Positions 8,852 through 13,024 of a stretch of DNA of 13,024 nt are shown piece after piece (within the stretch, counting starts at the first letter, position 1; every line of letters begins with the position of its first letter). The DNA is from Octopus sinensis. Taxonomy: Eukaryota. The stretch is from contig NW_021826339.1 of NCBI RefSeq assembly GCF_006345805.1, forward strand, positions 1 to 13,024. Reading direction: 5' to 3'. The notes beneath the pieces are model-generated. The model was not told where the DNA came from, made no database searches, and worked only from the letters and a program-made list of their open reading frames with translations. The translations under genes and the position numbers were made by a program.

Positions 8852-9046
8852 GTACGTGTCAGGAAGACATTTGACAAGAAATGGAAACTTATTCGAAGGA
8901 AGAAGAAAAAAATTCATAATTATCAAAATGGTGGTTTCTGCCGTTGAATACTACGTATGAGCGTCCACCATTTTGCCAAACGACTAGCACAAAGGATTTG
9001 TTTATTGTGATCAAACGTATGTGCTCTACATTAGCACATTCGATGA

Positions 9047-9256
9047 TATCGGTTTTGAATTTTGGCACAAGGCCAGCAGTTTCGGGATGGGATGAAGGGA
9101 TACGTTGATTACAGCAACCCCAATGTTTAACTGGTACCTATCTTATCGATTCAGATTGGATGAAAGGCAAAGGCGACAGCGGTGGCATTTGAACACAGAA
9201 CCTGAAGACGCTAAGCATTTTGCCCGACATGCAAACGATTCTGCCAGCTCGCCACC
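9047..9256 (-). mobile_element. Near full-length monomeric SINE, family A
   Basis: The reverse complement runs from the head GGTGGCGAGCTGGCAGAATCGTT through GTTCAAATGCC and TTTGCCTTTCATCC to the tail CTGGCCTTGTGCCAAAATTCAAAACC. Confidence 0.88.
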
Positions 9257-9266
9257 TTTATATATG

Positions 9267-9292
<26 letters not shown>

Positions 9293-9301
<9 letters not shown>

Positions 9302-9985
9302 GGTATGTAGAAAAATACAACATGGACAAGAACGTATAACTCTTAGAAGACGACACACAATAACATGGACAGGACATTCGAACCCCTCAGTCTTCAGTCA
9401 AGAACCGATCATCGTAGTAATTTCGGCTGATTAATCTTGAGATTACTAGATCACGGCCAGCCCTCCAAGAAAAAACTAAGCAACGAGCATTAGAAAAACT
9501 AAGTGGAAGCGTAGATTTCCTGGAAGAAGGATCGAATGCATACGAACGCCAGGACAGCAAAAGGGACAGATATAAAAACACAAAAAAAAATAATGGAATA
9601 CAAAACATGAAATACAGAAGCATAACGTGTGAAAACAACAAGTGTCTTACGACTGATAACAAGCAAACAAATTTTTTCTCTGGCGCATTGGAAGAAGCCT
9701 TTATAGCGGGGACGAAAAACAACGATGTTAACACGACGAGGGTCAGGAGCTGAAAGGCAGATTTCGGCCAACAGTCACGTGACAGAGAAGAGGGAAAAGA
9801 AAAAGAAGAGAAGCAAAGGAAGAGAGAGAGAGACGAGGGACAAAACGCAACAAAGAGAGAGAGAGAGAGAGGAAAGAAGGGATCAGAGAGGAGAAGGGAT
9901 GGGTGTCGAAGAATGACCTGTGAGTGCAGAGCGAGACAAAGAAATAGGAGGGTAAAGAGAAGAGAAAAAGAGGATGAGTAGAGAG

Positions 9986-10024
<39 letters not shown>

Positions 10025-10172
10025 TCAAGAAAGAGAGAGAGAGGGACAGATCAAGTAAAAATGAGAGAGAGAGGGAGACAAAAAAGAGAGTCGTACCAAT
10101 ATTAAGAATATGTGCTCACATTAATGATAAGGTGGGTACGGGGGCGCCTGGAATATATGTTAAGGTATGTAG

Positions 10173-10175
<3 letters not shown>
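9293..10175. mobile_element. ~880-bp non-coding interspersed element bounded by short direct repeats, possibly Penelope-derived
   Basis: TTAAGGTATGTAGAAA is identical at 9298-9313 and 10160-10175 (20/21 when extended 5 nt left). The interior is complex sequence plus (GA)n tracts at ~9780-10090, with no credible ORF. The class is inferred. Confidence 0.45.

Positions 10176-10254
<79 letters not shown>
10174..10254. repeat. (TA)n microsatellite
   Basis: Direct inspection. Confidence 0.97.
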
Positions 10255-10293
10255 CAAATGAAAGACAGAAGATGGAATATACGAGAGTTTATA

Positions 10294-10405
10294 TTAATCA
10301 CAACAATTGTTTCGACACATCTAGCATCGATTCCTCTTGGGTGGGGCACTCAACAACTGGTTCAGGAGCATCCGGTGGTGCAGATGTATCTTGTCGAGTG
10401 ATAAA
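10294..10405 (-). ncRNA. Type I hammerhead ribozyme homolog with mutated core and GUU triplet
   Basis: The minus strand reads UUUAUCAC-UCGACAA (core, versus CUGACGA)-GAUACAUCU...AGAUGUGUC-GAAAC-AAUU-GUU-GUGAUUAA. Stem I pairs 7 of 8 and stem II pairs 9 of 9 with one U-G. Confidence 0.7.
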
Positions 10406-10710
10406 TATATAAAAACAACTCGTTCAAATGACTGTTCCATAATGTAACTTTGATTTTGTTGATGCTTGTATGAGCGTGTGTACACGTGCCATGCAGCTTG
10501 CCCGAGGGCGTTTATACACCCATATCGGTTAAAGGTCCTTTTCAATACTTTTCTCGCTGGATTACATGATCGTTTCTCTTTTTGTCTTCTGCAATTTTAT
10601 TTTTGATCTTCTATAAATATGAAGATTTTCCCTCAGTCTGGCTGTTTTTCTCTCTACAAAACAGAAAGTTACATTGTGGAACGGTCATTTTAACGAGTCC
10701 TTTTAATTCA

Positions 10711-10822
10711 TTTATTACCTGACGAGATACATCTGCACCACCGGATGCTCCTGAACCAGTTGTTGAGTGTCCCACCCAAGAGGAATCGATGCTAGATGTA
10801 TCGAAACAATTGTGATGATTAA
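10711..10822 (+). ncRNA. Type I hammerhead ribozyme with intact core and non-cleavable GUG triplet
   Basis: CUGACGA (10719-10725), a perfect 9-bp stem II GAUACAUCU/AGAUGUAUC (10726-10734/10794-10802) and GAAA (10803-10806). Stem III is the palindrome ACAAUUGU (10806-10813), N17 is G10814, and stem I is partial (UUUAUUAC/AUGAUUAA). Confidence 0.8.
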
Positions 10823-10944
10823 CAATAAATTCTCATATATTCTATCTTCTGTCTTTCATTTGTTATATACTTAACGATCACTCTAAAAGTGACCGTGCTT
10901 TACCAGTAAGCTACCAGGTGTAAACCATTTGTTTTATTATCCAT

Positions 10945-11063
10945 CCACACACACACACACACACGCACAACACACAACACACACAACACACACACCACAC
11001 CATATATATATATATATTTATATATATATACACAGACATGCATACATACATACACACACACAC

Positions 11064-11146
<83 letters not shown>

Positions 11147-11168
11147 TATATAATATATATATATATAT

Positions 11169-11197
<29 letters not shown>
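10945..11197. repeat. (AC)n/(TA)n/(TACA)n/(GT)n compound microsatellite
   Basis: Direct inspection. Confidence 0.96.
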
Positions 11198-11199
<2 letters not shown>

Positions 11200-11335
11200 T
11201 CAAATTCCACCGTGGTCGACTTTGAGTTCCATCCTTTCAGGGTCGATAAAGTAAGCACTAGCTGAGCCCTCGCATCAACCTAATCGACTCAACCCCGAAA
11301 TTGCTGGCCTTGGGCCAAAATTGGAAACCAATATT
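11198..11335 (+). mobile_element. 5'-truncated SINE, family A
   Basis: GTTCAAATTCCACCGTGGTCGACTTTGAGTTCCATCCTTTCAGGGTCGATAAAG...GCTGGCCTTGGGCCAAAATTGGAAACC matches the other family A copies. Confidence 0.87.
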
Positions 11336-11339
11336 TCCA

Positions 11340-12612
11340 TAACTTATAATCTTCTGAATACAATGCAACAGAGATCCGACCTGTCACCTGCTGTCTTAAA
11401 CATATTCCTACACGACCTTCCCAAAGGTTTTCAAGACATGCTACAGACCTATACACAACAGCGCACTAATATCCTTTACACTTCTCCAACAGAGTTGCAC
11501 GTCCCTACGCAGATCCTCAGAAATTTATTTCAGGTCTGTTAAGTTGCAGAATTTCAAATCCACAAGCTTTAAATACAACCGATTCCTTCCGATGGAACTT
11601 TTCCTTAAAACAGAACAAAGTGAAGTTACACGCATACATCCTTAGAGCATTCCTATGTGCCACATTTGGCTAACATCAAGGGGCAGCACTTACTATTGAC
11701 AAGATATTTGATCTGTCATGGACTTGTTTCGAGGCCAGCATATTTAGAACAATATCTCTCTTTAAGTTGAGGAAGATCGGGCTGCTATTTCTTGTAGGCC
11801 GAGCACAAAAAACCCAAGTTTGTTTGTGTCGCATTAGAGATTCTAATGCTGTTACTGCAATACTTTGCTATTTCACAGAAGACACAGGGTTGCACGGAAC
11901 TCCTCTACTATTCCCATTTACCTCACTTGGACCAACACCAAGAAACAACAGTCGTTAACAATATAAGAGATCTGCCATGCCCTAATGCCACTTCTGTTTG
12001 TATCCCCATTCTCTCCTTTACAAACTACACAAAGCAGTACGATTCTACTCCTCACAGTTTGTTACTGCAAGAATCATTAACACTCGTAGTTCCCGTGAAA
12101 ACCCCTTAAATACTCCTCCAAAACAGGCACAAAACCTCAGTACATCACTACAACATTCGAAAACATATTTGAATAAAAAAAAAGATCACATACATATAGA
12201 AACCGCAGGAATATTGATTACCGAACTGATCTTGCTCTGGGAAGTACAATACCAGCTATACATTCAGGGAACCACAGCTTTTGTGTTCTGGCTGAGTGCA
12301 CCTCATCTTCCTCGACTCTGACAGTCACCAGAAATTACAGACATACTGAAATAGATTGGACGATGAAGAAATAGAATGGACGTATCCAGATAGTTATACA
12401 GTACGCTAGATGGGCCAGCGCGGTAAAGTCTGCAGTGGGGTCTTGAGACAGAGGCAGAGTTCAACTGGATAGATTGACCTGTGTCTTGCATCACCTTATT
12501 CTGCCAATTATCTTCGTCCAATAGGGTTTCTCGATCAAGGCTGACCTGGAGCTCTGCAACGACAGCAACAACAACAAAAACAACACAACAACAACAACAA
12601 CAACAACAACAA
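11340..12612 (+). pseudogene. Decayed 5'-truncated non-LTR retrotransposon ORF2 (RT domain to C-terminus) with (CAA)n tail; I/Jockey-group-like, clade uncertain
   Basis: QQRSDLSPAVLNIFLHDLP (11366-11422) resembles the RT motif QGSxLSPxLFNIxxxDLP, and YTQQ sits where YADD is expected. Downstream remnants occur in ORF2-like order: YVPHLANIK, HQETTV (11936), TYPDS (12380, CPxC-like) and DLC..P..A.YL (12476). These are followed by (CAA)n at 12566-12612. Many stops and frameshifts. Confidence 0.65.
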
Positions 12613-12769
12613 TGTGTCAACGAAAAAACTTCTACGTAGTCACTTAACTGTCTAGAAATAGCAGCCAAGTTTCCCTCTTCGCGCTCCTTCATTAAGTTCT
12701 GGTTGCTCCTAGAATGTCAATACTCAAAGCTCTAAAAGGGGATCAAACATATGATGTGAAAGGGGAAAG

Positions 12770-12833
12770 AGAGAAATAAAAGCAGAGAGAGAGAGAAAGA
12801 GTGAGAGAGACAGATAGACAGACAAACAGAGAC

Positions 12834-12866
<33 letters not shown>

Positions 12867-13024
12867 GACGTACTCGCTGACACTACACACATCAGTATAC
12901 TACACAAAAGCACATTGAAACTAACACATAAATACAGAGCGACTTATACACATACATTCACATACACACATACATACATACATAAAAGCATACATACATA
13001 CATACATACATACATACATACATA
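12770..13024. repeat. (GA)n/(GACA)n/(TACA)n microsatellites
   Basis: Direct inspection. Confidence 0.93.

Larger units (their letters stand above)
10255..10862. mobile_element. ~610-bp non-autonomous element with ~200-bp inverted terminal repeats, each holding a hammerhead fold (inverted Penelope-like pseudo-LTRs)
   Basis: 10255-10395 versus the reverse complement of 10721-10862 show 9 substitutions and 1 indel. Similarity continues more weakly to ~10462/10654, around a ~190-bp unique spacer. TA-rich flanks. Confidence 0.8.

Noticed and set aside
9340-9420. Minus-strand CUGAAGA...CGAAUGUC hammerhead-like motif
   Set aside because: It has GAAU instead of GAAA, stem II would start with C and cannot close, and no stem I forms.
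9387-10028. 213-aa minus-strand hydrophobic ORF
   Set aside because: It is driven by (CT)n tracts inside the repeat element and is compositionally biased, with no domain.
10876-10896. Small hairpin CGATCACT-CTAAA-AGTGACCG next to the hammerhead element (Helitron-end-like)
   Set aside because: Only 5 contiguous pairs and no CTRR terminus at the expected spacing. Consistent with chance.

Overview
Eukaryotic, AT-rich, microsatellite-saturated non-coding DNA (intronic or intergenic). The SINE families and repeat landscape resemble octopus/coleoid cephalopod genomes; this is inferred from recalled repeat sequences, not from a database search. No intact protein-coding gene is supported, and nearly all listed ORFs are translations of simple repeats. 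The window holds about nine tRNA-derived SINE copies or fragments from three families, including a dimeric SINE with a 15-bp target-site duplication. It also holds a rearranged mariner remnant and a decayed 5'-truncated LINE with a (CAA)n tail. Five fold-back inverted repeats are present. The most notable is a ~610-bp element (10255-10862) whose ~200-bp inverted arms each contain an outward-facing type I hammerhead-ribozyme fold with a palindromic stem III, as in Penelope-like retroelements. The two copies carry different, complementary inactivating lesions.
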